A DNA stretch of 64,000 nucleotides from Candidatus Micrarchaeota archaeon. GTDB taxonomy: Archaea; Micrarchaeota; Micrarchaeia; Anstonellales; JAHKLY01. Location: assembly GCA_020854825.1 (NCBI GenBank), contig JAHKLY010000002.1:112291-176290 (forward strand), given 5' to 3'. Positions 6,521 to 16,037 of this stretch are shown piece by piece (within the stretch, counting starts at the first letter, position 1; each line of letters begins with the position of its first letter). Made by a program: the position numbers and the translations under genes. The notes under the pieces were generated by a model. It saw nothing but the letters and a program-made list of their open reading frames with translations. It had not been told where the DNA came from and ran no database searches.

Positions 6521-9177
6521 AAAAATTTCGTATTAATTAATTTTATTATTTCTGAAAATAATAAAACTCCAATTGCAATAGAAATTGGTAGTATCCAATC
6601 AGATAAAGAAACAGAACTAAATTTGAATATCTCTTTAAAGAATGGGTGATATATCATAGTAATTGTTATTAAAAATACTAAAAATACCCCAAGTAAAAGA
6701 TATTTATTTTTGAATATATTAATTTTGTAAATCGGTTCTTCCAATGATTTAAATGCAAATGGAACACAAAAAATCATTGAGGTTATAGTTATAAAAACCA
6801 TAGTTCTAGCTTTTTGAATGTCTTCTATAGGATCACTAAGGTAAAATACAAAAAAGGCAGAAATTGCCATAAATAAAGCCATGGTTATAATCAATAATGA
6901 ATTCTTTTTATTAAGGAATTTTTCATTAGTGTTTCTAGGAGGTTTATGCATAAGTTTATTTGATGGAGGATCTAATCCAAGTCCAATAGCTGGCATAGAT
7001 TCATCAAATGTATTAATAAATAAAATTTGTATTGCAATTAATGGAAGGTACTCAAATCCAAAAAATACAATTCCTAATATAATTAATATTAATTCAGTAA
7101 AATTTCTTGAAATGAGATAACAAATGAATTTTTCTATATTCTCATATATTCCCCTTCCTTGTTTTATTGCTTCAACAATTGTTGCAAAATTATCATCTTG
7201 TAATATAATTTCACTTGCTTCTTTGGCAACTTCAGTACCTTTTATTCCCATTGCTATACCAATATGCGCTTTTTTTAATGCTGGTGCATCGTTAACTCCC
7301 TCTCCAGTCATCGAGACAATATGTCCTATATTTTTTAATGCTTCAACAATTCTTAGTTTTTGTTCAGGCAAAATTCTTGCATAAATATAAATATATTCAA
7401 CAATACTTTCAAACTCTTCTTTTGTTAATTCATCTAATTCTTTACCAGTTATTACTCCATCTTTAGTTATTTCTATTATTTTTTTGTTATTTTCTTTTAC
7501 TATGGGCGTATCTTGAAATGATAAATTTATTTTTTTGGCAATTGCTTTAGCTGTATTTTCATTATCTCCAGTTATCATAATTACCTTTATACCTGCATTT
7601 TTACACATTTCTATTGATAATTTCACTTCTTCTCTAGGAGGGTCCATCATAGCAATTAGTCCTAAAAATACAAGATCTTCTTCAATTCCTTTTTTATCTT
7701 CAATTATTTTTGTTGCAATTCCAAGGACCCTATATGCATGATTTCCAAATTCAATATTCTTTTTAAGTATTTTTTCTTTATCTTTTTTTGTAAGTTTTTT
7801 AATTCTATTATTCTCTTTTATATACTCACATTTTTCAAGAATAATTTCTGGGGCTCCTTTTGTATAAACTATTTTTGTATTATTTGTTTTATGAAGTGTA
7901 GTCATAATTTTTCTTTCAGAGGTAAAAACAAGTTCTTCTTTTCTCGGAAATATTTTATCTAAATGGTCTTTCCATAAATTTGCTTTTGTAGCTGCAATTA
8001 TCAATGCAGCTTCAGTTGGATCTCCAATAATATTAGGCGCATTTGATACAAATTTGACATTAGCATTATTACATAGTATGGATCCAGTCAAAAGGTGAGT
8101 AAGTTCCTTTTCTTTAAGTAAATCAATAGATTTATTATTTAAAGTTATTACGCCTTCTATTGAATATCCATTTCCAGATATTTCAAATGTTTTTCCATTA
8201 ACATATACTTTTTCTACAGTCATCTCATTTTTAGTTAAGGTTCCTGTTTTATCTGTACATATTACTGTAACCGAACCAAGTGTTTCAACCCCAACCATTT
8301 TTTTAACTATTGCATTATGTTTTCCCATTCTATCCATACTAAAAGCAAGAGTTAAAGTCAAAGTTAAAGGTAAACCTTCCGGTACTGCTGCCACCATTAA
8401 AGCTAAAGCAACAACAAGTGTTTCCCCAAGTGATCCTCCCCTAAATATGCCCAAAATAAAGGTTAAAATACACAAAAAAAATGCTATGACTGCTAATTTT
8501 TTTGCAAGTGAATCAATTTTAAGTTGTAATGGAGTTTCTTCCTTTATTTCTTGAACTAACTCTGCAATTTTTCCAAGTTTTGTTTCCATACCTGTTTTTA
8601 TGACTACTACTCTCCCTTTTCCATATACAACTTGAGTTCCAGTATATACATATTCACCAATAGTTTTTTCTATTGAAATACTTTCTCCAGTTAATGCAGA
8701 TTCATCAACCTTAAAGCTTATTGCTTCAAATATAATACAATCTGCTGGTATTTTATCCCCTGCTTCTAAAATTAAAACATCTCCAGGTACTAATTCTTTA
8801 GTATCTATTTCAATTAGTATATCATTTCGTATTACTTTTGCGATAGGAGTTATAATTTTTTTAAGTGAATCCATTGTTTTTTCTGCTTTATACTCTTGTA
8901 TAAACCCTAACAATATAACAAAAACTATGGTTGTTAATATTATCCAAAAATTAAGCATTTCATCAATTAAAATTGATATTATTGCAGCACCAAATAGAAC
9001 ATATAATATAAAATTTTTAAATTGATTAATAAAGAGCTTTAATATAATTGACTCTTTTTTCTTTTTTAATTCATTATATCCATATTGATTTAAACGTTTT
9101 TTTGCTTCTATATCTTTTAACCCTTTTTGAGAACTTTCTATATTTTTAAATACCCATTCAATTTTCTTATTAACCAT
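6517..9177 (-). CDS. cation-transporting P-type ATPase (type IIA, Ca2+-like)
   Basis: DES.LTGES, PEGLP, DKTGTLT, KGAPE, DPPR, MITGD and TGEGVND motifs; about 10 TM helices. Confidence 0.95.
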   Translation of the reverse strand: MVNKKIEWVFKNIESSQKGLKDIEAKKRLNQYGYNELKKKKESIILKLFINQFKNFILYVLFGAAIISILIDEMLNFWIILTTIVFVILLGFIQEYKAEKTMDSLKKIITPIAKVIRNDILIEIDTKELVPGDVLILEAGDKIPADCIIFEAISFKVDESALTGESISIEKTIGEYVYTGTQVVYGKGRVVVIKTGMETKLGKIAELVQEIKEETPLQLKIDSLAKKLAVIAFFLCILTFILGIFRGGSLGETLVVALALMVAAVPEGLPLTLTLTLAFSMDRMGKHNAIVKKMVGVETLGSVTVICTDKTGTLTKNEMTVEKVYVNGKTFEISGNGYSIEGVITLNNKSIDLLKEKELTHLLTGSILCNNANVKFVSNAPNIIGDPTEAALIIAATKANLWKDHLDKIFPRKEELVFTSERKIMTTLHKTNNTKIVYTKGAPEIILEKCEYIKENNRIKKLTKKDKEKILKKNIEFGNHAYRVLGIATKIIEDKKGIEEDLVFLGLIAMMDPPREEVKLSIEMCKNAGIKVIMITGDNENTAKAIAKKINLSFQDTPIVKENNKKIIEITKDGVITGKELDELTKEEFESIVEYIYIYARILPEQKLRIVEALKNIGHIVSMTGEGVNDAPALKKAHIGIAMGIKGTEVAKEASEIILQDDNFATIVEAIKQGRGIYENIEKFICYLISRNFTELILIILGIVFFGFEYLPLIAIQILFINTFDESMPAIGLGLDPPSNKLMHKPPRNTNEKFLNKKNSLLIITMALFMAISAFFVFYLSDPIEDIQKARTMVFITITSMIFCVPFAFKSLEEPIYKINIFKNKYLLLGVFLVFLITITMIYHPFFKEIFKFSSVSLSDWILPISIAIGVLLFSEIIKLINTKFF

Positions 9178-9236
9178 ATTCTCTCCATTTTAATTTTATA
9201 ATCAATATTTATAAAATATATGTAAGTATAAAATAC

Positions 9237-9253
9237 TTTTAGAAAAACTAAAA
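9237..9253. promoter_or_regulatory. palindromic TTTTAG-N5-CTAAAA site (copy 3)
   Basis: TTTTAGAAAAACTAAAA upstream of the P-type ATPase promoter. Confidence 0.45.
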
Positions 9254-9389
9254 GAGTTTTTTTATTTCTTTTTAGACTTTTTAATTTATCTTCTTAAAAT
9301 ATAATACTTTATACAAGTTTTATTAAAAAGGCATACTAATATGCAATTAAATACATACGTTTTTTAATATTTTCAATTAAAAAAAATTT

Positions 9390-9845
9390 ATGATTAAAGT
9401 TCCAAACTTAAATTTACCAGAAATTCAAATTCAACAAGCAGGTGTTGATTTAACATTAGATAAAATTTTCGAATTTACATCAAAAGGCCAAATAGATTAT
9501 GATAATTCAAAAAGAAGGATAGCAGAAACTAAAGAATTAGAATTTGATGATGAAATTTTTTTAAAACCAGGAACATATAAAGTTCAATTAAGTGAAATAA
9601 TTAAAATTCCTGAAGACTGTTTAGGCATATGTTTACCTAGATCCACTTTGTTAAGATGTGGCGCTACTATACATACTGCTTTTTGGGATCCTGGTTATGA
9701 AGGTAAAAGTGAAATATTATTAGTTGTTTATAATCCAGAAGGTTTAATTTTATGTAAAAAAGCCAGAATTGCACAAATGACTTTTGTTAAAGTAGAAGAT
9801 TCAAAAGGATCTTATAAGGGCGCATATTATAAAGAAAACCTTTAG
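9390..9845 (+). CDS. dut: trimeric dUTPase / dCTP deaminase family protein
   Basis: AGVDLT, PRSTLLR, WDPGYEG, RIAQ and terminal YKGAY motifs. Confidence 0.88.
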   Translation: MIKVPNLNLPEIQIQQAGVDLTLDKIFEFTSKGQIDYDNSKRRIAETKELEFDDEIFLKPGTYKVQLSEIIKIPEDCLGICLPRSTLLRCGATIHTAFWDPGYEGKSEILLVVYNPEGLILCKKARIAQMTFVKVEDSKGSYKGAYYKENL

Positions 9846-9854
9846 GAAAAAGAG

Positions 9855-9871
9855 TTTTAGTAAAACTAAAA
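9855..9871. promoter_or_regulatory. palindromic TTTTAG-N5-CTAAAA site (copy 4)
   Basis: TTTTAGTAAAACTAAAA upstream of the 9931 promoter. Confidence 0.45.
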
Positions 9872-9930
9872 GACTTGTTTTTATAGTAAAAATCATAGAT
9901 TATTTAAAATGTATATAATCTAATTAATTT

Positions 9931-10107
9931 ATGAAAATCAAACAGAAAGTGATTCATAAGATAGATAAAAAAATTGAAAAAAATATAATTAAAAGAAATT
10001 TTTGTATTGGATATCACGCAGATGAACTAGCAGATAAATTTAATAATCGCGCTAAACGTTGGTATGCTGTAAAAATATTTATTGATCCATTAGTAGATAA
10101 AATATAA
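9931..10107 (+). CDS. small hypothetical protein (58 aa, MKIKQKVIHK...DPLVDKI)
   Basis: Below the ORF-track cutoff; TATA TTTAAAA about 25 nt upstream of the ATG. Confidence 0.45.
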   Translation: MKIKQKVIHKIDKKIEKNIIKRNFCIGYHADELADKFNNRAKRWYAVKIFIDPLVDKI

Positions 10108-10110
10108 ATA

Positions 10111-10349
10111 AAAACCGCATATAAGTAAACTACTGTGCGTTTCAGAAACCATAACAGTAAACTCTTAATAATTCCAAAAACTGGAAATTTAATGTTTGGT
10201 TTACTGTAATGATGTTATATATCAAAAGTGTGTCGCAAAAGCGGGCTTAATTTTTAAAATAGGGTAAAAAGCGCTGTTTTTAATAAATTTCATATAATTC
10301 AGTTTACTATAATGGGGTTTTTATCTTCATTGGTTTACTATATTGATGT
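10111..10349. repeat. cluster of five 13-21 bp iteron-like repeats (GTTTACTnnwwTG), two inverted and three direct
   Basis: Minus-strand copies at 10118-10130 and 10150-10162; plus-strand copies at 10199-10211, 10302-10314 and 10333-10345; non-coding, followed by a T-rich tract. Confidence 0.75.
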
Positions 10350-10502
10350 ATTTTTTTACATTTTAAATACATTAATTTTGCACTGTTTTTTGCTTGTGTA
10401 AGTAATTCTTTTTGATCAATTCTTTACTCTTTTTTATCTTTTATTTACTCTTTTATTATATTTTGATTAGTATTATAAATAAAATGTTATAAATATACTT
10501 TT

Positions 10503-11216
10503 ATGCAAAAACAAACTTCTAATGTTGAATCTTTATCAAAATCTCTAATAGTAATAACTAGGGGAGCACATGTTGCTGAAACTATTTCTTTTATAACTGC
10601 AAAACTTTTAGTCGATAGAATGAAAAAGCAAGGTTGTAATGTTGTACTAGAAACAGAGGACTATAGAAACTCCCCAACTTACAGGATCAGAATGAATAGA
10701 TTACATAATACGAAGTTTAAGATTGATGATGAAGAATTTCAAAAAGAAGCACAATCAAATATATTTTGGACTAGGCAAATAGAAGATAAATATACTATTG
10801 ATTATAAAAAACCATATATTTTTGATATGCACACTTCAGAAGAATATTTTTTTGCCACAACCAATGTTGAATTATATAAGTAGAATGCAGAATTTAATGT
10901 GGGGGGAAATAGTTCTAAATTTAAAGGCCAAATTGCAAGTTTTAGAGGTTGGGTTTGGCCTGTAGCAGATAACCATTTTGCAATTGAAATGCATGGACCT
11001 GTTAAATTAGATAAAAATGGAAATAAACTTACATATTGGAATCTACAAGATATTGAAGACTATAAAAAAAGAAGAATTAATAGAGATTCTCCAATATACG
11101 ATAATAAACTAGCATGGAAAAAAGGATACTTTAGTAAAGTAATTTTAGATAAAATAATAAGATTAATTCATGCTATTATTAAAACTGAAGGTAAAGAAAG
11201 CTTACTAATTACTTAG
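10503..11216 (+). pseudogene. M14/AstE-AspA-like Zn hydrolase gene interrupted by an in-frame TAG (10881-10883)
   Basis: ORFs 10503-10883 and 10899-11216 are in the same frame, separated by one TAG; the joined protein has GAHVAE (HxxE), FDMHT and FAIEM motifs. Confidence 0.55.
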
Positions 11217-11258
11217 TTTTAACTTATATGTTATTAAGTATTTTATAGTCTTTAAATA

Positions 11259-12416
11259 TTATCTAGTTAATTTTTCAAATTCTTTTATATATGTGTCATC
11301 TAATTCAGGATTAGAAAATTCACTTAGTTTGTTTATTTTTATACTAAGTAAATATGTTATTTTCATTAATTCTTGTTTTAACTCGTCTTTATCCTTTGGA
11401 TCTATTAGTTCATCATTAAGATATCTAGTGTAAATATCCATTGCATACCCTAAACAGTGTTCACGATACTCTGTAGGTAACGTAGAATCACTGGAAATTA
11501 TTAAACTTGCATATATCATTTGAGATATTTCATTTGTTGCGTGTGAACTATCATGAAATGATTCATAATTAATTACTCCAAACATGTCTTTAAAATAATT
11601 AACTGCGTCTTTAATTCCTTTAAGCTTATATTTTTCAATTGAATAATCATAAATAGTAGTTTCAAATTGTTTGATTGCACCTGCTTTTAAATAAAAATAT
11701 GCAGCGTCTATTGAATTAATACTTTCAGCAGTTTCAAAATACATTACTTTTGCATCAAATTTTGTAAATATTTGTTTATTATGTTCTCCTTTTTCGTTTT
11801 TTGTTATAAAGATCCCAGTTTTTCCATCTTCTAAAAAGGTTATTTCATTTTCTAAGATGTCTCCTGCCATGTAAGTTATAAATGCATAATTAAAATGTTT
11901 TTTTGGATCTATTTCTCTTTTTTCGTTTTTATTTTGTCTGTATTGAGCTATTGACATTAATGCCATATTTTGATTACCTGCATTATTTTCAATTTTTAAT
12001 AGAATATTTGAATAAACGATTGCGGCACCATAATTATGTTCTTCCCAAAGTGCTTTATTTATACAGTTTTTTAAAAATTCTGTTACTTCTATTTCATTTA
12101 ATTCCTTTAATATATTATCTTTATTCTTTGAAGAAAATATTTCATTAATTATTGGATCAATTCTTAATAATTCTAATTGAGTAGTTAATGTTTTTTCAAT
12201 TGAATAAAACGAAGAAAGAAAAGGATTTTTTCTTATTTTTCCATTATTAAATGCTTCATCTATCAAACTAAATAGATTTGCAAAATTACCTGCTGCCATT
12301 TCTTCTTCTACAATTGTTATAATATTTTTTGAATATACATTCATACTTATACTAGTTGTATTTTTTTTAGTGGATTTATCTTCACTATGACTAGGGATAG
12401 CAACATAAAATAACAT
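11259..12416 (-). CDS. hypothetical alpha-helical (TPR-like) protein
   Basis: 385-aa ORF whose start overlaps the stop of the upstream gene (TAATG). Confidence 0.7.
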   Translation of the reverse strand: MLFYVAIPSHSEDKSTKKNTTSISMNVYSKNIITIVEEEMAAGNFANLFSLIDEAFNNGKIRKNPFLSSFYSIEKTLTTQLELLRIDPIINEIFSSKNKDNILKELNEIEVTEFLKNCINKALWEEHNYGAAIVYSNILLKIENNAGNQNMALMSIAQYRQNKNEKREIDPKKHFNYAFITYMAGDILENEITFLEDGKTGIFITKNEKGEHNKQIFTKFDAKVMYFETAESINSIDAAYFYLKAGAIKQFETTIYDYSIEKYKLKGIKDAVNYFKDMFGVINYESFHDSSHATNEISQMIYASLIISSDSTLPTEYREHCLGYAMDIYTRYLNDELIDPKDKDELKQELMKITYLLSIKINKLSEFSNPELDDTYIKEFEKLTR

Positions 12417-13006
12417 TATTTAGCCTCTTTTAATGATTCTAAAATTTCATTACAGTCTTCAATACCTTGAGAATTACCTGTTTCTTCAAATAATTTTTTA
12501 GCTCTTTCTAAGTATTCTTCTGATGTTATCATACCTCTTCCTGGTTTTCCATTATAGGCTTTTGAACCTATATGCATCAAATATTCTGCAAATTGTTTAT
12601 AATTCTCAGCTGCCCTATTAGTATTTTCATTTATTTCTTCTTCAGTATCTAAGTATTCATTAAATTCTAATCCCATTGTTGCTGCGTTTAAATATTCTTT
12701 TTCCTCTTCTAATTTTGATAGTGCTGATTTTATTTTTTCTTTTCCGTCTTTTATATTTAAATTTAATTCCATTGTATTAAATATTAAAAATATGGCAGTC
12801 ATTGGTTTGTTATTATTCATATAAAATTCATAATCTTTCAAATATTGAGTACTTAAAATATTTTCTTCTTCTTGGGTGAAAGTTATTTCTTTTAATGGTT
12901 CTTTTTTAGGAAATGGATCAGCAAGTGTAGAAGTAGCTAATGTTAAGCCAACTAACCCAATTCGCATAATTCTATTAATTTTATTTTTAAGTTTTGCTTT
13001 TTCCAT
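12416..13006 (-). CDS. hypothetical exported TPR-like protein
   Basis: Basic N-terminus and hydrophobic signal ending TLA-D; helical repeats. Confidence 0.7.
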   Translation of the reverse strand: MEKAKLKNKINRIMRIGLVGLTLATSTLADPFPKKEPLKEITFTQEEENILSTQYLKDYEFYMNNNKPMTAIFLIFNTMELNLNIKDGKEKIKSALSKLEEEKEYLNAATMGLEFNEYLDTEEEINENTNRAAENYKQFAEYLMHIGSKAYNGKPGRGMITSEEYLERAKKLFEETGNSQGIEDCNEILESLKEAK

Positions 13007-13049
13007 ACTTTATTTATAAATAGTGATATATTTATACATTTTTATAGGA

Positions 13050-13715
13050 TTATTCATGTCCAAAAATATTTCTTAGTTTTTTAATTATAAATTCTTCAAG
13101 AAATCTTCTTAGGTCTTCTGTTTTTAAATATTCTTCTTTAGCTTGTTCAAAAGCAATATTATAATTTTTATCCTTTGAAGGAAGTCTAGTGTGTAATTGA
13201 TTTATTGTTAAAGCTCCTAATAATTCACAAAATCCTTCTCCTCTATAACCATAGCTTGATCTTTCTGGATCAAAAACAAGTCCACTAATCTCATTATCTA
13301 ATAATTTTGGAAAAAATAGAAGTGCGTATTTAAATATTAATTCATGACCTAATTCATGACTCATTACATTTTCTATCCCATTTTTGCAAGGAGAAGGATA
13401 TGCAAAAACATATCGAATTTTAACTACTTTTGTTGGTTTTATACCAGTAAATTCTATTTGAGTAAAATGTTGAGTATATGCATGATAATCATTTTTTAAT
13501 GTAGATTTTAGTTTAATAATTCTATCTTCCGAAGCAGGTGTTCTATATTTTTCTTCAATTTGTGTATTAAGTTCTTCAAATGTCAATCCTATCTTTGATT
13601 CTATTATTCTTTGTTGTTTTAAAAATAAATTAGCCATAAAATCATTTACTTTTTTGCCAAACTTACCTTTTATTCTAAGTTTTGTTTTTCCTATTTTATA
13701 TACATTTGAAACCAT
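13050..13715 (-). CDS. hypothetical zincin-like protein (HExxH)
   Basis: SHELGHE plus downstream EGFCE (gluzincin-like third ligand). Confidence 0.6.
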   Translation of the reverse strand: MVSNVYKIGKTKLRIKGKFGKKVNDFMANLFLKQQRIIESKIGLTFEELNTQIEEKYRTPASEDRIIKLKSTLKNDYHAYTQHFTQIEFTGIKPTKVVKIRYVFAYPSPCKNGIENVMSHELGHELIFKYALLFFPKLLDNEISGLVFDPERSSYGYRGEGFCELLGALTINQLHTRLPSKDKNYNIAFEQAKEEYLKTEDLRRFLEEFIIKKLRNIFGHE

Positions 13716-13756
13716 ATTTTTATTGTGTTTTTTTGAGTTTATAAATGTATCTTAAT

Positions 13757-15004
13757 CTATAAAAGAAGTGTGGCTAAACCTAGGAATACAAAGAATCCAA
13801 GAACATCTGTAGCAGTTGTAATGAATATTGTTGCAGAAGATGCAGGATCTTTTCCTAATTTAGTCATAACTAATGGAATTAATGCACCAAATAGGCCTGC
13901 AATCATTAAATTAGTAATCATTGCAATACCAATGATTAATCCTAATAATGGGTTATGATTCCATAAACTAGCGATTATTGCTACTAAAATACCATTTATT
14001 ATACCATTTATTGCTCCTGCAGTAAGCTCATTAATAATAACTTGCTTAGCAGTTTTAGAATTAATTTTATTTAATGTAAGTCCTCTAACCATTACTGCTA
14101 ATGTTTGAGTTCCTGCGTTACCTCCCATTCCTGCAACTATTGGCATATAAACTGCTAATAACACAAATGCAGATATTGTTTCTTGAAATAGACTAACAAT
14201 AGACGCAGCTAAAAATGCAGTTCCTAAATTTATTATTAACCATTTATATCTACTTTTAACTTTAGTTAAAGGCGGATCTAAAACTTGTTCCTCTTTTTTA
14301 ATTCCTGCAAAATCACGAAGACTAGTAGAAGTTTTTTCTTCTATTATTCTTAAAATATCATCTGAATAGATTATCCCCAATATGCATCGATTTTCATCTA
14401 AAACTATTATTTTAGAATGTGCGTTTTTTTTGAATATTTCAATTATTTTATGTTTATGGGTGTCATGTTTAATTGTAGGTATCTTTTTAATATATTTAAA
14501 TATTTTTTCAGTCTTCCTTTTTGAAATAAATATTAATGGAGATAATTCTCCTTTTAAATAACCATTTTTCATTACAAGAATCGTGGGAAACTTTCCAGTT
14601 CTCTTTTCATGGTATCTAACCATTTTAGAAATTTCTTTAAAAGTTGTATCTATATCAACTTCAACAAATTCCAAACTCATTAAATCTGCTGCTGTTCTTA
14701 AATCAAATCTAAGTAAATATTCTACTTTTTCTTTGATTTCCTTTTCTAATTCACGTAATATTGGTTTTTGTCTCTTTAAATTAATATTTTTTAATAATAT
14801 ATATATGTCATCAAAATCTAAAAATTCAATTAATCTAAGTATTTCATTATTGGTTAGATTATTCATTAGTTCTATTTGTAATTTTTTGGGTAATTTTAAT
14901 AAAACAAACCCTTGATTATTAGTAGGTATTTTTTTAAATATTTTAATCCTATCAGATTTTGAATTAATTAACTTAGTTATGACATTTTGTTTGTTAATTT
15001 TCAT
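13757..15004 (-). CDS. mgtE: magnesium transporter MgtE
   Basis: N-terminal domain, CBS pair, R..WL.INL, MGGNAGTQ, DPA.SA.IFITTATDVLGF. Confidence 0.95.
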   Translation of the reverse strand: MKINKQNVITKLINSKSDRIKIFKKIPTNNQGFVLLKLPKKLQIELMNNLTNNEILRLIEFLDFDDIYILLKNINLKRQKPILRELEKEIKEKVEYLLRFDLRTAADLMSLEFVEVDIDTTFKEISKMVRYHEKRTGKFPTILVMKNGYLKGELSPLIFISKRKTEKIFKYIKKIPTIKHDTHKHKIIEIFKKNAHSKIIVLDENRCILGIIYSDDILRIIEEKTSTSLRDFAGIKKEEQVLDPPLTKVKSRYKWLIINLGTAFLAASIVSLFQETISAFVLLAVYMPIVAGMGGNAGTQTLAVMVRGLTLNKINSKTAKQVIINELTAGAINGIINGILVAIIASLWNHNPLLGLIIGIAMITNLMIAGLFGALIPLVMTKLGKDPASSATIFITTATDVLGFFVFLGLATLLL

Positions 15005-15035
15005 TGTACTTTTTAATTTAAGTTATTTTTTAAAT

Positions 15036-15224
15036 TTAACTCTTAAAAAACTTGTATGTTGGTCTTACTGCCAAAATTAAAGCAATTAATAAAAATATAT
15101 GCCATTCAATAAATAATATCTTGGGAAACAAAATAACAATACATAAGGTTGCAAAAAAAACTGAACCTTTTGTTAGTATAATATCTAAAATATCCATATT
15201 TTTAACTTTTTTATTTAAATTCAT
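15036..15224 (-). CDS. small membrane protein
   Basis: 62 aa, 2 TM; SD GAGGTGA upstream; in operon with tspO and mgtE. Confidence 0.7.
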   Translation of the reverse strand: MNLNKKVKNMDILDIILTKGSVFFATLCIVILFPKILFIEWHIFLLIALILAVRPTYKFFKS

Positions 15225-15235
15225 ACACTCACCTC

Positions 15236-15499
15236 TTATTTACTAGTTGCAGATCTAAAAAATCCTGCTATAAATCCCAACATTGCTCCAATTGCAATTA
15301 AATCAGGATTTGTTATATCAAAAATCTGTTCAAATCCTTTTAAAACAAAAACATTTAAAAATGGAATAATACTTACAATTGCTCCACTAATTGCACCCAT
15401 AACTGCACCAATACTAGCAAATATAAAAATTGCAAGAATTCCTATTAATATTGCAAAAACACTTCCTAATGCAATATCCCAATTTTTTAAAAAATTCAT
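15236..15499 (-). CDS. small Gly-rich membrane protein
   Basis: Hydrophobic, ends GAMLGFIAGFFR; SD AGGTGA upstream. Confidence 0.7.
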   Translation of the reverse strand: MNFLKNWDIALGSVFAILIGILAIFIFASIGAVMGAISGAIVSIIPFLNVFVLKGFEQIFDITNPDLIAIGAMLGFIAGFFRSATSK

Positions 15500-15509
15500 A
15501 TTTATCACC

Positions 15510-15986
15510 TCAATTAAGTATAAAGATATAATAATTTAATATGGTTGCAAAAGAAACCCATAATATATACGGTATGAGTAGGTATGCTGCCTTTTTATCA
15601 AGTTTATAGAATAATTTCATAATTAAAACTATAAATAACCATAAAAAAATTATACATATTAAACCAAATAATGGAGAAGTTAAACCAAAAAATAGAATTG
15701 ACCATAAAGTATTCAAAACTAATTGAATTCCAAAAATAATTAATGCCAATTTAACTTCTTTTTTCTTAATCCCTTTTGAATAAATTAAATATGCTGAAAT
15801 TCCCATTAAGACATATAATATAGTCCAAACTGGTCCAAATACCCAATTTGGAGGATTAAAAGAAGGTTTATTGATACTTTCATACCAGGTAGGTATATTT
15901 TGAGTTGTAAATATTGAACCTATTATTCCTGCTAACAAACAGAGGATTATAAATCCTATTAAAATTCCTGCATTTTTTAACTTCAT
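15510..15986 (-). CDS. tspO: TspO/MBR tryptophan-rich sensory protein
   Basis: WY.SI.KPSFNPPNWVFGPVWT.LY, QLVLN.LWS.LFF and LIPYILWVSFA.LN motifs. Confidence 0.95.
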   Translation of the reverse strand: MKLKNAGILIGFIILCLLAGIIGSIFTTQNIPTWYESINKPSFNPPNWVFGPVWTILYVLMGISAYLIYSKGIKKKEVKLALIIFGIQLVLNTLWSILFFGLTSPLFGLICIIFLWLFIVLIMKLFYKLDKKAAYLLIPYILWVSFATILNYYIFILN

Positions 15987-16037
15987 AAGTTATACTACTT
16001 TGATTAACTATAAAAAGCTTTTGCGTATTAAAAATAT

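Noticed and set aside
6881-7962. Antisense ORFs inside the P-type ATPase, and similar shadow ORFs in mgtE, lonB, lysS, tfb, mcm and others
   Set aside because: They lie within well-supported genes, mostly on the opposite strand, and have Ile/Phe/Ser-rich shadow composition typical of AT-rich DNA
10881-10883. Genome-wide stop-codon reassignment
   Set aside because: TAG, TGA and TAA all terminate conserved genes at the expected positions, and the HD gene break is TAA
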